From NCBI GenBank assembly GCA_046758965.1, contig JBHIBG010000002.1, forward strand, positions 76,612-140,611: 64,000 nt of DNA. Direction: 5' to 3'. The DNA comes from Candidatus Methylomirabilia bacterium (GTDB lineage Bacteria; Methylomirabilota; Methylomirabilia; Rokubacteriales; CSP1-6). The position numbers were made by a program, and so were the translations under genes. Below are positions 1 through 11,300 of this stretch, one piece after another (position 1 is the stretch's first letter; every line of letters starts with the position of its first letter). The notes under the pieces were generated by a model that worked only from the letters and a program-made list of their open reading frames with translations, did no database searches and had not been told where the DNA came from.

Positions 1-1
1 G

Positions 2-559
2 GCCGGCATCTACTTCGGCACGGGGCAGCGGCCGGGACGGCGCGGTAACCAGCACCCCTCCATTGTTCCCTACGAGGTCTTCAAGGCCGCGGATGCCTAC
101 CTCACTGTCGGCGTCGCCAACAAACCCCTCTGGGACCGGTTCTGCCAGGCCATCGACCACCCCGAGCTGGTGAGGGACCCGCGCTTCGAGAGCGAGGCTC
201 AGCGGGTGGCCAACCGCGAGATCCTGGTCCCGCTCCTCAACGGGATCCTGGGGGAGCGGAGCGCCGAGGAGTGGCTGAAGCACCTGGAGAAGGCCGGGAT
301 CCCGGCCGGCAGGATCCAGACGGTGGCCGAGGTCTGTGAGAGCCCGCACCTCAAGGAGCGAGGGATGATCGTCTCACTGCCGCACCCGAACGCCGGAACG
401 GTAAGGGTGATGGGAGTCCCGATCCGTCTCTGGGGCACCCCCGGCGCCGTCACCGAGCCCCCGCCGCTCCTGGGGCAGCACACCGACGAGATCCTCACCC
501 GGCTTCTCGGGATGAGCCGAGCCCAGGTGGCCCAGCTGCGCGCCGCCGGGGTCGTCTAG
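2..559 (+). CDS. CoA-transferase family III (CaiB/BaiF), 5'-truncated by window edge
   Basis: Frame open from window start: GNQHPSIVPYEVFKAAD...PPPLLGQHTDEIL, typical family III C-terminal half. Confidence 0.85.
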   Translation, partial: AGIYFGTGQRPGRRGNQHPSIVPYEVFKAADAYLTVGVANKPLWDRFCQAIDHPELVRDPRFESEAQRVANREILVPLLNGILGERSAEEWLKHLEKAGIPAGRIQTVAEVCESPHLKERGMIVSLPHPNAGTVRVMGVPIRLWGTPGAVTEPPPLLGQHTDEILTRLLGMSRAQVAQLRAAGVV

Positions 560-636
560 GCCGCATCGCTGATCCGCCTCCGTATGCCGGCCCCCAGGGG
601 GGTAGGATGAGATTGAATCCTTAAGGAAGCGGTCCC

Positions 637-1902
637 ATGGGGATGACGATCACCGAGAAGATCCTGGCCGCCCACGCTGACAAGCGGGAGGTGGAGCCCG
701 GGGAGTTCATCGCCGCGCGACCGGACATGGTCATGGGGAATGATCTCTCCACCGCCGGCGCCATCAGGGTGCTTAAGAACATCGGGGCCTCCCGGGTCTT
801 CGATCCGGAGCGGATCGCGATCGTCCTCGACCACATCGTCCCCGCCAGGGACATTCAGGCGGCCAACCTGCTCAAGGGCGTACGCGAATGGGTGACAACG
901 CAGGGGATCCCCCACTTCTACGACGAAGGGAAGAACGGGATCGCCCACATCATCATTCCCGAGCAGGGCCTGGCAGGGCCGGGTGACCTGATCATCGGCG
1001 GTGACAGCCATAGCTGCACCTACGGCGCGCTGGGCGCCTTCTCGACGGGCGTCGGGCACACCGACCTCGCCGGGGTCCTAGCCCTGGGGGAGATCTGGCT
1101 CAAGGTTCCGGCCTCGATCAAGCTCACCTACCGTGGCCAGCTCGGCCACTGGATCATGGGGAAAGATCTGATTCTCATGACCATCGGCCGGATCGGGATC
1201 GATGGAGCCCTCTACCGGGCCATGGAGTTGAGCGGGCCGGTCATGAGCCAGCTCGGCATGTCCGAGCGCCTGACCATGTGCAACATGGCCATAGAGGCCG
1301 GGGCGAAGTCGGCGATTATCCCCCCGGACGAGGTGACGCTCGAGTACGTGAGAGGGCGAGCCAGACGGCCGTGGACCATATATCAGTCGGATCCTGACGC
1401 CGCCTACGCCGCCGAGTACGAATTCGACAGCAGTCGGCTTCGCCCCCAGGTGGCCAAGCCGTTCTCGCCGGACAATGTGGTGCCGGTGGACGAGGTGGCG
1501 GGAACGACGCTCGATCAGGTCTTCATCGGCTCCTGCACCAACGCCAAGCTCGAGGATCTCCGGATTGCGGCCGAGCTCCTTCGCGGCAAGAAGGCGCACC
1601 CGTACACCCGCCTGATCGTGATCCCCGCCAGCACCTGGATCTGGAACCAGGCCCTCAAGGAAGGGCTGATGGAGATCTTCGCGGAGGCCGGCGCCGCCAT
1701 CTCGGCTCCCACCTGCGGGGCGTGCTTCGGGGGGCACATGGGCGTGCTCGGCGACAACGAGGTCTGCCTCTCCACCTCGAACCGGAATTTCGTCGGCCGC
1801 ATGGGCGCGCCCACGGCGAAGGTCTACCTCGCCAACCCGGCGGTCGCCGCCGCCAGCGCTCTCAAGGGCGTCATCGCCTCCCCTGAGGAAGTGGTTGGCT
1901 AA
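637..1902 (+). CDS. leuC: 3-isopropylmalate/citramalate dehydratase large subunit (homoaconitase-like clade)
   Basis: MGMTITEKIL start; DSHSCTYG, IGSCTN, PTCGACFG, STSNRNFVGRMG aconitase motifs. Confidence 0.92.
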   Translation: MGMTITEKILAAHADKREVEPGEFIAARPDMVMGNDLSTAGAIRVLKNIGASRVFDPERIAIVLDHIVPARDIQAANLLKGVREWVTTQGIPHFYDEGKNGIAHIIIPEQGLAGPGDLIIGGDSHSCTYGALGAFSTGVGHTDLAGVLALGEIWLKVPASIKLTYRGQLGHWIMGKDLILMTIGRIGIDGALYRAMELSGPVMSQLGMSERLTMCNMAIEAGAKSAIIPPDEVTLEYVRGRARRPWTIYQSDPDAAYAAEYEFDSSRLRPQVAKPFSPDNVVPVDEVAGTTLDQVFIGSCTNAKLEDLRIAAELLRGKKAHPYTRLIVIPASTWIWNQALKEGLMEIFAEAGAAISAPTCGACFGGHMGVLGDNEVCLSTSNRNFVGRMGAPTAKVYLANPAVAAASALKGVIASPEEVVG

Positions 1903-1966
1903 GTACGAAGAGGGAGAGGATTAAAGGTGAGGGGGTGGTAGGTGAACCATGCGAGAGGCGAGGGCG

Positions 1967-2461
1967 ATGATTCGCGGCAAGGTGTGGAGGTTCGGAGATG
2001 ACGTGAACACCGAGGTCATCATGCCAGGGAAATACCTGGCCATGCGGGATCCTGCGCAGGTGGCCTCTCATGTCATGGAAGGGCTCGACCCCGAATTCAG
2101 CCAGAAGGCCAAGCCAGGGGATCTGATCGTGGCCGGCAAGAACTTCGGCTGCGGTTCCTCGCGGGAGACCGCCCCGGGTGGCCTCGAGGCCTTCGGCATC
2201 GGGGCCATCATCGCCGTCTCCTTTTCCCGGATCTTTCTCCGCAACTCCATGAACATCGGGCTCCCCCTTCTCGAGTGCCCGTCGGCGGCCGAGGAGATCA
2301 AGGAAGGCCATGTCATGGCCGTGGAGATCGCCGCGGGCCGGATCATTGACGAGACCACGGGTCGGACCTACCAGGCCACTCCCTTCCCGCCGTTCCTTCA
2401 GGAGCTGATGGCGGCCGGCGGCCTCGTGCCCTACGTCCGTAAGAGGCTGGGCCTGACCTAA
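1967..2461 (+). CDS. leuD: 3-isopropylmalate dehydratase small subunit
   Basis: GKVWRFGDDVNT, GKNFGCGSSRE, FSRIFLRNSMNIG; follows leuC. Confidence 0.92.
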   Translation: MIRGKVWRFGDDVNTEVIMPGKYLAMRDPAQVASHVMEGLDPEFSQKAKPGDLIVAGKNFGCGSSRETAPGGLEAFGIGAIIAVSFSRIFLRNSMNIGLPLLECPSAAEEIKEGHVMAVEIAAGRIIDETTGRTYQATPFPPFLQELMAAGGLVPYVRKRLGLT

Positions 2462-2586
2462 CCTCCTCTGGGTCGCGCGGCATCGGGCCCTCGCCCAATT
2501 CTGTCCCCCGGCTCCGCCGTTCAATTGACAGGGGGAGGCTTCTGCCCCATCATGGGGCGCACCCATAATCGAGGTTGGAGGATCCC

Positions 2587-4167
2587 ATGAAGCGGCTCAT
2601 CAAGGTCTACGACACCACGCTCCGAGACGGCACCCAGGGGGAAGGCGTCGCCTTCGCCATGGAGGACAAGGTCCGCATCGCCCAGCGATTGGACGCCCTC
2701 GGCATCCACTACATCGAAGGAGGCTGGCCGGGGTCGAACCCCAAGGACATGCGGTTTTTCCGACGCATCCAGGACATCTCCCTCAAGCAAGCCAAGATCG
2801 CCGCCTTCGGGGCGACGAGGCGGGCCGGCGTGAGCGCCGAGCAGGACGCCAACCTCCACGCCTTGATCGAGGCCCGCACGCCCGTCGCCACCATCTTCGG
2901 CAAGTCCTGGGATTTCCACGTGACCTCGGCGCTCGGGACCACGCTGCCCGAGAACCTGACCATGATCGCTGACTCGGTGGCCTTCCTTCTCCCCCACTTC
3001 GAGGAGGTGATCTACGACGCCGAGCACTTCTTTGACGGCTTCCGAGCCAACCGCGAGTACGCGCTTCACACCCTGAAGGCCGCCCAGGCCGGCGGCGCTC
3101 ACTGTCTGGTGCTCTGCGACACCAACGGCGGGACCCTGCCCCACGACCTGGTGGAGATCATCCGAGCGGTCAAGCAGCAGATCAGCGCGCCGCTCGGGAT
3201 TCACGTCCACAACGACGCCGAGTGCGCGGTCGCCAACTCCCTGGCGGCCGTCAGCGAGGGCGCCAATCACGTGCAGGGCACCATCAACGGCTTCGGAGAG
3301 CGGTGCGGGAACGCCAACCTGGTCTCCATCATTCCGAACCTGATGCTCAAGATGAACCTGGCGTGCCTGCCCGAGGGGAACGTGCGGGAGCTCCGCGACC
3401 TCTCGCGCTTCGTCACGGAGCTGGCCAACTGCAAGCCGTGGCAGCAGCAGCCCTACGTGGGCGACTCGGCGTTCGCTCACAAGGGCGGCATGCATGTCTC
3501 CGCGGTCCTGAAGCATCCGGAGACCTACGAGCACATCAACCCGGAGCTGGTGGGTAACCGCCGTCGGGTCCTCGTCTCCGAGCTGGCCGGCAAGGCCAAC
3601 ATCCTCTGGAAGGCGCGCGAGTACGGGCTGGACCTTGACAAGGACACGCCGGAGACGCGGCGGATTCTCGACGCCCTCAAGCAGCTCGAGGACGAGGGCT
3701 ACCAGTTCGAGGGGGCGGAGGCCTCCTTCGAGCTGCTGATGGAGCGGGCCCTCGGGCACCACCGCCCCTACTTCAACCTGGACGGGTTCCGCGTGGTGGT
3801 GGAGAAGCGGGGAGAGGGGCACGAGCTCGCTGAGGCGACCGTGAAGCTCCAGGTGAAGGGGATCGCCGAGCACACCGCCGCCGAGGGGAACGGCCCCGTG
3901 AACGCCCTCGACCACGCCCTCCGCAAGGCCCTCGAGGAGTTCTACCCGAACCTCAAGACCATGCAGCTCCTTGACTACAAGGTTCGCATCCTGGATGAAG
4001 CCTCGGGGACAGGGGCCAAGACGCGAGTGCTCATCACCTCGGGAGACGAGGAGGCCTCGTGGGGGACGGTCGGGGTCTCCCACAACATCATCGAAGCCTC
4101 CTGGCAGGCCCTGGTGGACTCCATCGAGTACAAGCTCCGCCAGGACGAGCGGCAGGGCAGCCGGTAG
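2587..4167 (+). CDS. cimA: citramalate synthase
   Basis: [56 protein letters not shown]. Confidence 0.9.
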   Translation: MKRLIKVYDTTLRDGTQGEGVAFAMEDKVRIAQRLDALGIHYIEGGWPGSNPKDMRFFRRIQDISLKQAKIAAFGATRRAGVSAEQDANLHALIEARTPVATIFGKSWDFHVTSALGTTLPENLTMIADSVAFLLPHFEEVIYDAEHFFDGFRANREYALHTLKAAQAGGAHCLVLCDTNGGTLPHDLVEIIRAVKQQISAPLGIHVHNDAECAVANSLAAVSEGANHVQGTINGFGERCGNANLVSIIPNLMLKMNLACLPEGNVRELRDLSRFVTELANCKPWQQQPYVGDSAFAHKGGMHVSAVLKHPETYEHINPELVGNRRRVLVSELAGKANILWKAREYGLDLDKDTPETRRILDALKQLEDEGYQFEGAEASFELLMERALGHHRPYFNLDGFRVVVEKRGEGHELAEATVKLQVKGIAEHTAAEGNGPVNALDHALRKALEEFYPNLKTMQLLDYKVRILDEASGTGAKTRVLITSGDEEASWGTVGVSHNIIEASWQALVDSIEYKLRQDERQGSR

Positions 4168-4232
4168 GGGACTCGCCGACTTCGCGAGAGCGACGAAGAA
4201 CCTTCCCCGGTTCCGCTTCGGAGCCCGTCAGC

Positions 4233-4694
4233 TCACGTCCCCTTGGATTTGCGCCAGGCGCGGATCTGGTCCCCGTGCTCCTTGTAGTGGTGGGCGCTGT
4301 TCAGGTCCGTGATCCGGTGCGCGGTCTTGCCGGGGACGAATCGCTCCTCCGGCACCTTCGCCGCCTGAGCCATGAAGTACTCGTGCGTGGCATTCAGATC
4401 CCCGAGCACCTCGGACACGGGGGCATGCTTCCTGGCGCCGACGAACCTGACATTCCAGGCATCCGGGTCTTCGTAGTTCGCGCCTTCGGGAAACGGCCTC
4501 TCACCGCGCGCCATCCGCTCGAGGGCCGGGCCCAGCTCGCGGTGCCATGCCGAGATGTGGACCACGATCTCCCTGATGCTCCAGGTGCCGAGCCACACCT
4601 CGGTCAGAGCCGCTTCGTCGAGGCCCTCGATCGCCTTTTTGAAGGCCCTGAACTCCTCCTGCGCCTGGCTGAGCAAGCTCTCCTTCGTTGACAT
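4233..4694 (-). CDS. DinB/ClbS-like four-helix bundle protein
   Basis: WSIREIVVHISAW...HHYKEH histidine pattern; paralog of 56202..56744. Confidence 0.75.
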   Translation of the reverse strand: MSTKESLLSQAQEEFRAFKKAIEGLDEAALTEVWLGTWSIREIVVHISAWHRELGPALERMARGERPFPEGANYEDPDAWNVRFVGARKHAPVSEVLGDLNATHEYFMAQAAKVPEERFVPGKTAHRITDLNSAHHYKEHGDQIRAWRKSKGT

Positions 4695-4706
4695 GGTTCT
4701 CCTCCC

Positions 4707-5540
4707 TTACGATCGGAGAAACTGGCGGATGATCCGCCGGGTCTTGTCGTGTTTCCCGAGAAGGACCGTATAGTGGTTTGTGCCGGGGATCACCACCAGC
4801 CTGGAGGTGGGGATGGCGTGAGCCATGGCCTCGCCCTCCTCCTGGGTCATGAGGCAGTCCGTGGCAGTGAGAAGGCCGTCGGGGGCGCGGAGGATCAGCG
4901 TGGGGCAGTTCACCTTGTGGTGCCACACCCAGAGCCGCTCGCGGAGCAGGTTGGCGATCTCCTCCTCGATGGCGTGCTTGGCGACCTTGGAGCGGACCCC
5001 GCCGCTCGGCGTCGTCTCCACATCGTAGGTGAAGTACCGGGTCAGGGAGTCGCTCCAGCGGCCCTGGAACATCGGAAGCCCCTGGAGCATCTGGAGGAAG
5101 CCCTCGAGGGACGGGAACTCCATCCCGACCCGGCTGATGGCCGGGGCGAGCGAGTCTCTGATTTCAGCCCGGATATCGAGCCCCCCATCTACGAGGATCA
5201 GCTTCGAGATGCGCCGGGGGTAGTGAGTGGCGAAGTAGAGGCCGATGTTGGCCCCGAGGGAGTGCCCCATGATCACGGCCTTTTTCTGGCCGAAGTGGTC
5301 CAGCAGCCCGCGCAGCTCCTCGGCATGGATCTGCAAGCTGTAGCCTTTGTCGGGCTTGTCGCTCTCGCCGCGCCCCCGGAGGTCGTAGGCGATGACCCGA
5401 GAGTCCGGCGCGAGGAAGTCAGCGAAGTCGTACCAGGAGGTGTGGTTGGCGGTCAATCCGTGGACGCAGAAGATGGCAGGCCCCTTGCCGGGCCACTCGT
5501 GAACTGTCAGGGCAACGCCATTGACTGTCACTCGTGTCAC
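4707..5540 (-). CDS. alpha/beta hydrolase
   Basis: HGLTAN oxyanion motif, GHSLG nucleophile elbow, C-terminal His (GTNHY). Confidence 0.88.
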   Translation of the reverse strand: MTRVTVNGVALTVHEWPGKGPAIFCVHGLTANHTSWYDFADFLAPDSRVIAYDLRGRGESDKPDKGYSLQIHAEELRGLLDHFGQKKAVIMGHSLGANIGLYFATHYPRRISKLILVDGGLDIRAEIRDSLAPAISRVGMEFPSLEGFLQMLQGLPMFQGRWSDSLTRYFTYDVETTPSGGVRSKVAKHAIEEEIANLLRERLWVWHHKVNCPTLILRAPDGLLTATDCLMTQEEGEAMAHAIPTSRLVVIPGTNHYTVLLGKHDKTRRIIRQFLRS

Positions 5541-5610
5541 GGGAACCTCCTCGATGAAAATGTCGGGCCCTTATTGTAGCCTAATCTCCCCGGTATAGGA
5601 GGCCTGCGTC

Positions 5611-6282
5611 ATGCGCCCCCGTTTCCTCCGCCGCTGGCCCCGCACCGTCGCTGACGCCCGCGCCCTTCAGGAGCGGCTTCGCTCCCGGGTGCAGCTCACG
5701 GGCGGGCCCAGGCGGGTCAGGTTGATTGCCGGCGCTGACCTCGCCTACCGCGGCGATGGCCGGCAAGCCTGGGCTGCGGTGGTGCTCGTGGAGTTTCCCG
5801 AAGGCCGGCTGGTGGAGTCCGCCACGGCGACAGGACCACCGCCGTTCCCTTATGTTCCGGGCTATCTCAGCTTCCGCGAGGGGCCGCTCCTCCTCGTCGC
5901 CTTCAGGCGTCTTCAGAGGCGCCCTGATCTCTGCCTCTTTGACGGACAGGGTTTAGCGCACCCTCGGCGGTTCGGGCTCGCCTGCCATCTGGGAGTGGTC
6001 CTCGGCCTCCCGAGCGTGGGCTGCGCCAAGTCGCTCCTGGTGGGCGAGTGCCGCGAGCCAGGGCCGAAGCGGGGTGACTGGAGCCGGCTCACTCTGGACG
6101 GCAACCCGGTCGGCGCAGCGCTCAGAACCCGTGAGGGCGTCAAGCCGATCTTCGTCTCTCCGGGGCATCGAACCACTATCCGTCAGGCGGTCAAGTGGGT
6201 CCTGGCTGTCTCGCGCTTTCGAGTGCCTGAGCCCATTCGCCTCGCCGAGCAGCTCGTCAACCACCTCAGGGGGGGTTCGTGA
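5611..6282 (+). CDS. nfi: endonuclease V
   Basis: AGADLAY, FPYVPGYLSFRE, DGQGLAHPRRFGLACHLG, GCAKS, PIFVSPGH. Confidence 0.95.
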   Translation: MRPRFLRRWPRTVADARALQERLRSRVQLTGGPRRVRLIAGADLAYRGDGRQAWAAVVLVEFPEGRLVESATATGPPPFPYVPGYLSFREGPLLLVAFRRLQRRPDLCLFDGQGLAHPRRFGLACHLGVVLGLPSVGCAKSLLVGECREPGPKRGDWSRLTLDGNPVGAALRTREGVKPIFVSPGHRTTIRQAVKWVLAVSRFRVPEPIRLAEQLVNHLRGGS

Positions 6283-6283
6283 C

Positions 6284-7048
6284 ATGCCCACGCTCTCGGT
6301 GAACGGAATCCCGATCAACTACACGCTGACCGGCGCTGGCCCCTACACCCTCTGCCTGGTCCACGGCTCTGGCGGCAGCGCCGGGGTCTGGATCCGCCAG
6401 CTCGAAGGGCTCGCAGATTCCGCCCGGGTCATCGCGCTGGACTTGCCCGGGCACGGCGAATCCGGGGGCCAGGGCTCCCGCGAGATCGAGCCCTACGCAG
6501 CGATCGTGCGCGGGTTCATCGAGGGAATGAAGCTCTCGAAGGTTATCCTCGGCGGTCACTCGATGGGCGGGGCGGTGGCCCAGGCCGTCGCCCTCACCCA
6601 TCCTGAGCTGCTGGCCGGGCTCGTGCTGGTAGGGACCGGGACGCGGCTCCGCGTCCTGCCCAAGATCTTCGAGCTGCTCGAGCGCGACTACCCGGAGGGG
6701 GTGCGCTTCGTCATCAGCCTCGCTGTCTCGCCCGGAGCTCCACCCGAGCTGGTCGAATCACTCGCCCGCCAGACGCTCAGGACCCCTCAGGCGGTGCTGG
6801 TCGGGGACCTCCGGGCGTGCGATCGCTTCGACGTGATGGCGCGGACAGGCGAGATGCGACTTCCGACGCTGATCATCTGCGGGAGCGAAGACCGGCTCAC
6901 CCCGCCCAAGTACGCCCGCTACTTCCGAGAGCGGATCGCGAGGAGCCGTCTCGCCCTGATCCCCGAGGCCGGGCACTATGTTCAGCTCGAGCGCCCGGAG
7001 GCAACCACCGCGGCCATCAGCGAGTTCCTGGCCTCGCCCCCCTCGTAG
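6284..7048 (+). CDS. alpha/beta hydrolase
   Basis: HGSGG, DLPGHG, GHSMGG, AGHY; ATG 6284 directly after the nfi stop. Confidence 0.88.
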   Translation: MPTLSVNGIPINYTLTGAGPYTLCLVHGSGGSAGVWIRQLEGLADSARVIALDLPGHGESGGQGSREIEPYAAIVRGFIEGMKLSKVILGGHSMGGAVAQAVALTHPELLAGLVLVGTGTRLRVLPKIFELLERDYPEGVRFVISLAVSPGAPPELVESLARQTLRTPQAVLVGDLRACDRFDVMARTGEMRLPTLIICGSEDRLTPPKYARYFRERIARSRLALIPEAGHYVQLERPEATTAAISEFLASPPS

Positions 7049-7061
7049 GCCGTCACGTCGC

Positions 7062-7196
7062 TCACTCCAGCCCCGCCTTGCGCAGGGCGTCAAGCTTGCG
7101 CTCCAAGAGCGCTGGATCTTTGAAATGGAGATGCGGCTCTGGTTGGACCAGGCCGAGGCCGAGCTGAAGGGTTTGCACAGGGCGACCGGCACGTAG
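7062..7196. pseudogene. two back-to-back C-terminal remnants of cyclase-TPR genes
   Basis: Minus 7127->7062 reads HFKDPALLERKLDALRKAGLE*; plus 7122->7196 reads EMEMRLWLDQAEAELKGL..., like the end of 8345..11722 (EMDMGFWLEQAERELNDL). Confidence 0.6.
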
Positions 7197-7295
7197 ATAA
7201 TGCCCCTGCGAGTGGGCCAATAAACCTCACGACGACGCAGGATGGACGAGACTCCCAAACCCGTTCCTCCAAATCAAGCAAAGGAGGAAGTTCTC

Positions 7296-8162
7296 ATGAT
7301 GCGACCCGCACACAAGCTATCCATCGCCCGCTGGCTATCGGGACTCACGGCCGTCCTGGCTTCCGCCGCGATCGTCGTGCTGGCCGGGGCGTCCGCTGCC
7401 GAGATGTCTGGCAACACCAAGGTGACCTGGTACGGCCACGCCGCCTTCAAGATCGAGACACCCTCCGGTGGGGTGATTCTCATCGACCCGTGGATCAAGA
7501 ATCCGAAAAACCCGGACAAGGCCGCTATCTCCAAGCTGACCAAGGTGGACTACATCCTGCTCACCCATGCCCATTTCGATCACGTGGGGCAGACGGTGCA
7601 GATCGCCAAGGCCACGGGCGCCAAGATGGTGTCCTCCTTCGGGCTTGGCCGCAACCTGGTCGCCATCCATGGCTTTCCCAAAGCCCAGGCAGGCTTCGAT
7701 ACCATGGGCAACGTGGGAGGGCTGATAAGGCTGCCCAGGGCAGGCGCCCAGGTGACGATCGTGAACGCCGTGCACGGCTCCGAAGTGGGCCTGCCCAAAC
7801 CGGAACCGGGCGGTCCCACCGTGGTGATCGGCGGGAACCCTGTGGGGTTCGTGCTGGAAGTGGACAACGGTCCCACCTTCTATCACACGGGGGACACTGA
7901 CGTCTTCACGGACATGAAGCTGGTCGGTGACCTGTTCACGGTAGACGTGATGCTGTCCGCCATCGGGGACCACTTCACGATGGGCCCCAGGCGTGCCGCA
8001 GTGGCCGTGGAGTTCGTCAAGCCGAAGATCGTGGTGCCCATACACTTCGGTACCTTCCCGGTGCTCACGGGCACGCCCGCCGCCTTCCAGGCGGAGATCA
8101 AAAAGCGCGGGCTCAGCACCGAGATGGTGGAGATGAAGCCCGGCGAAACCCGCGCCTTCTGA
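7296..8162 (+). CDS. exported metallo-beta-lactamase-fold metal-dependent hydrolase (UPF0173-like)
   Basis: AAGGAGG RBS; signal peptide; THAHFDH, HTGDT, PIHFGTF. Confidence 0.88.
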   Translation: MMRPAHKLSIARWLSGLTAVLASAAIVVLAGASAAEMSGNTKVTWYGHAAFKIETPSGGVILIDPWIKNPKNPDKAAISKLTKVDYILLTHAHFDHVGQTVQIAKATGAKMVSSFGLGRNLVAIHGFPKAQAGFDTMGNVGGLIRLPRAGAQVTIVNAVHGSEVGLPKPEPGGPTVVIGGNPVGFVLEVDNGPTFYHTGDTDVFTDMKLVGDLFTVDVMLSAIGDHFTMGPRRAAVAVEFVKPKIVVPIHFGTFPVLTGTPAAFQAEIKKRGLSTEMVEMKPGETRAF

Positions 8163-8267
8163 CGGCCCCGACTCGCCACGTGGAAATAGGAGGGGGCTGC
8201 TACCGTGATGGTAGGCGCCCTCCCCTTGTCCTGCTTTCCAGGAATTTTTTGTCGGTTCATCCCAGCC

Positions 8268-8296
8268 TTGACCCCTCCCAGCCCTGGGGCTAAGCT
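8268..8296 (+). promoter_or_regulatory. sigma70-type promoter of cyclase gene
   Basis: TTGACC-N17-TAAGCT. Confidence 0.55.
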
Positions 8297-8344
8297 TGGC
8301 GCACCGTTTCCCATTGACTGGCCCGGCAAGTTGGAGGCCTCGGT

Positions 8345-11300
8345 ATGAAGTGTCCCCGGTGCGAGGCCCAGAATCCCGCTGACGCCGTCTTCTGCGAGGA
8401 GTGCGGGTCTCGGCTCGAAGCTGCCTGCCCCAGTTGCGGTGAGGCGAATCGGCTCGCTGCGAAGTTTTGCAAGAAGTGCGGCCAACCACTGGCCCAGGCT
8501 GGCGCGGCAGGCCCGATAGCCGCCCCGAAGTTCGGCTCCCCCGAAACCTACACCCCCAAGCACCTCGCTGAAAAGATCCTCACCTCCAAGAGCGTGCTGG
8601 AAGGGGAGCGCAAGCAGGTCACGGTCCTGCTCGCCGATCTGAAGGGGTCGATGGAGCTCCTTGCGGACCGCGACCCTGAAGAGGCGCGAAAGCTCCTGGA
8701 CCCGGTCCTTGAGCGGATGATGGAGGCGGTCCACCGCTACGAGGGGACCGTGAACCAGGTCATGGGCGACGGGATCATGGCCCTGTTCGGTGCGCCGCTG
8801 GCCCATGAGGACCACGCGGTGCGGGCCTGTTACGCCGCTCTCGCCATGCAGGAGGCCATCCGCCGCTACACCGAGGAGCTCCGCCGCGCCCAGGGGATCG
8901 AAGTGCAGATCAGGGTCGGCCTCAACTCAGGGGAAGTCGTTGTCCGGTCCATCGGCAATGACCTCCACATGGACTACACCGCCGTGGGCCAGACCACGCA
9001 CCTGGCAGCCAGGATGGAACAGCTCGCCAGACCCGGAAGCATCCGGCTGACAGCCGAGACCCTCCGGCTGGCGGAGGGATTTGTCCAGGTCACACCTCTG
9101 GGCCCGGTCCCGGTCAAAGGACTTGAGGTGCCGATCGAGGTCTACGAGATCATCGGAGCAGGGCCTGTGCGGAGGCGACTGGAGGCCGCCGCGGTTCGCG
9201 GGCTCACACGCTTCGTCGGGCGCGATGCTGAACTCGACCAGCTCCGCCAGGCCCTGGAGTGGGTGGCCCAGGGCCACGGCCAGGTTGTCGCGGTCGTGGG
9301 AGAACCGGGCGTCGGCAAATCGCGCCTCTTCTACGAGTTTACGCATTCGCATCGAATGCGCGGCTGGCTCGTCCTCGAAAGCGGCTCGGTCTCCTACGGC
9401 AAGGCCACCGCCTATCTTCCGGTCATGGATCTCCTTAGGGCCTACTTCACCATCGAGTCCCGCGATGACGCGCGGAAGATCCGCGAGAAGGTCAGCGGCA
9501 AGCTGCTCACCTTAGATGAAGCGCTGACGCCGACGCTGGCCGTTTTCCTCGCGCTCCTGGACGTGCCGGTCGAGGACCCGCAGTGGCAGGCCCTCGATCC
9601 GCCGCAGCGGCGCCGGCGGACCCTGGACGCCGTCAAGCGCCTCCTGCTCCGCGAGAGCCAGGTCCAGCCCCTCTGCCTGGTCTTCGAGGATCTCCACTGG
9701 ATCGACTCCGAGACCCAGGTGGTCCTGGACAGCCTGATCGAAAGCCTCCCCACCGCCCGCATCCTGCTCCTCGCCAACTACCGCCCCGAGTACCAGCACG
9801 GCTGGGGAAGCAAGACCTACTACAGCCAGCTGCGGCTCGATCCGCTCCCGCCCGAGAGCTGCGAGGAACTGCTTCAAGCCCTCCTCGGAGGCGATGCGAG
9901 TCTTCAGCCGTTCAGGCAGCTCCTGATCGAGCGCACCGAGGGGAACCCCTTCTTCCTGGAGGAGAGCGTCAGGACCCTGGTCGAGACCCAGGTTCTCCTC
10001 GGCGAGCGCGGAGCCTATCGCCTGGCGAAGGCCCTTCCGAGCATTCAGGTGCCGGCCACGGTGCAGGCGGTCCTCGCCGCCCGGATCGACCGGCTGCCAC
10101 CCGAGGAAAAGCGCCTTCTCCAGTCAGCCTCCGTCATCGGCAAGGATTTACCGTTCCCCCTCCTCCAGGCCATCGCCGACCTGTCTGAAGAGGCGCTCGG
10201 CCAGGGTCTGAGCCACCTCCAGGCCGCGGAGTTGCTCTACGAGACGAGCCTCTTCCCCCACATCGAATACACCTTCAAGCACGCCCTCACCCATGAGGTG
10301 GCCTACGGGAGCCTCCTCCAGGAGCAGCGTCGCACCCTCCATACCCGGATCACGGAGGCCATCGAACTGCTCTATCCCGGCCGGCTGGTTGAACAAGTCG
10401 ACTGGCTCGCCCACCACGCCCTGCGCGGCGAGGTGTGGGACAAGGCAATGAGCTACCTCCGTCAGGCGGGAGCCAAGGCCTTGGCGCGGTCCGCCAACCG
10501 GGAGTCAGCAACCTGCTTCGAGCAGGCCCTGGGAGTGCTCAAGCATCTCCCGGAGGGTCGCGACACCACCGAGCAGGGAATCGATCTCCGCTTCGCGCTT
10601 CGCAATGCGCTCTGGCCGCTCGGGGAACTCGGACGGATCCTCGACTACCTTCGAGAGGCCGAAACCCTCGCCGAGGCCCTGGACGATCAACGCCGGCTGG
10701 GGCGGGTTTCCTCCTATGTGACTCAATATTTCTGGATGACAGGCGAGCCTCATCGAGCCCTTGAGTCGGGCCAACGTGCCCTCGCCATCGCCGCCAACCT
10801 CGGAGATTTCGCCCTCCAGGTCGAGACGAACCTCCGCCTGGGCCAGGCCTACCATGCCTTAGGTGACTATCGTCGGGCGGCGGACGTCCTCAGGAAGAAC
10901 GTGGAGTCCCTTGAAGGCGATTTGGTCTATGAGCGCTTCGGCATGCCCGGCGTCCTGTCCGTCACATCCCGTTGCGTGCTGGTCTGGTGCCTTGCCGAGC
11001 TGGGAGAGTTTTCCGAAGGGGTCACCCGTGGCGAAGAAGGGGTCCGGATTGCCGAGGCGGTTGATCAACCGTACAGCCTCGTCGTTGCCTATTTCGGTGC
11101 CGGCCTTCCGCGCCTGCACAAAGGCCAACTCCAACAGGCTGTCGCTGTGCTTGAACGTGGCCTGTCCCTTTGCGAGGTTGCGAACATCTCGCTGTGGTTT
11201 CCCAGAGTCGCCTCGGCCTTGGGCTCTGCGTATGCCCTTTCAGGGCGGATCGCCGAAGCCCTGTCTCTTCTTGAGCAGGCGGTCGAGAAGGCTGCGTCCA

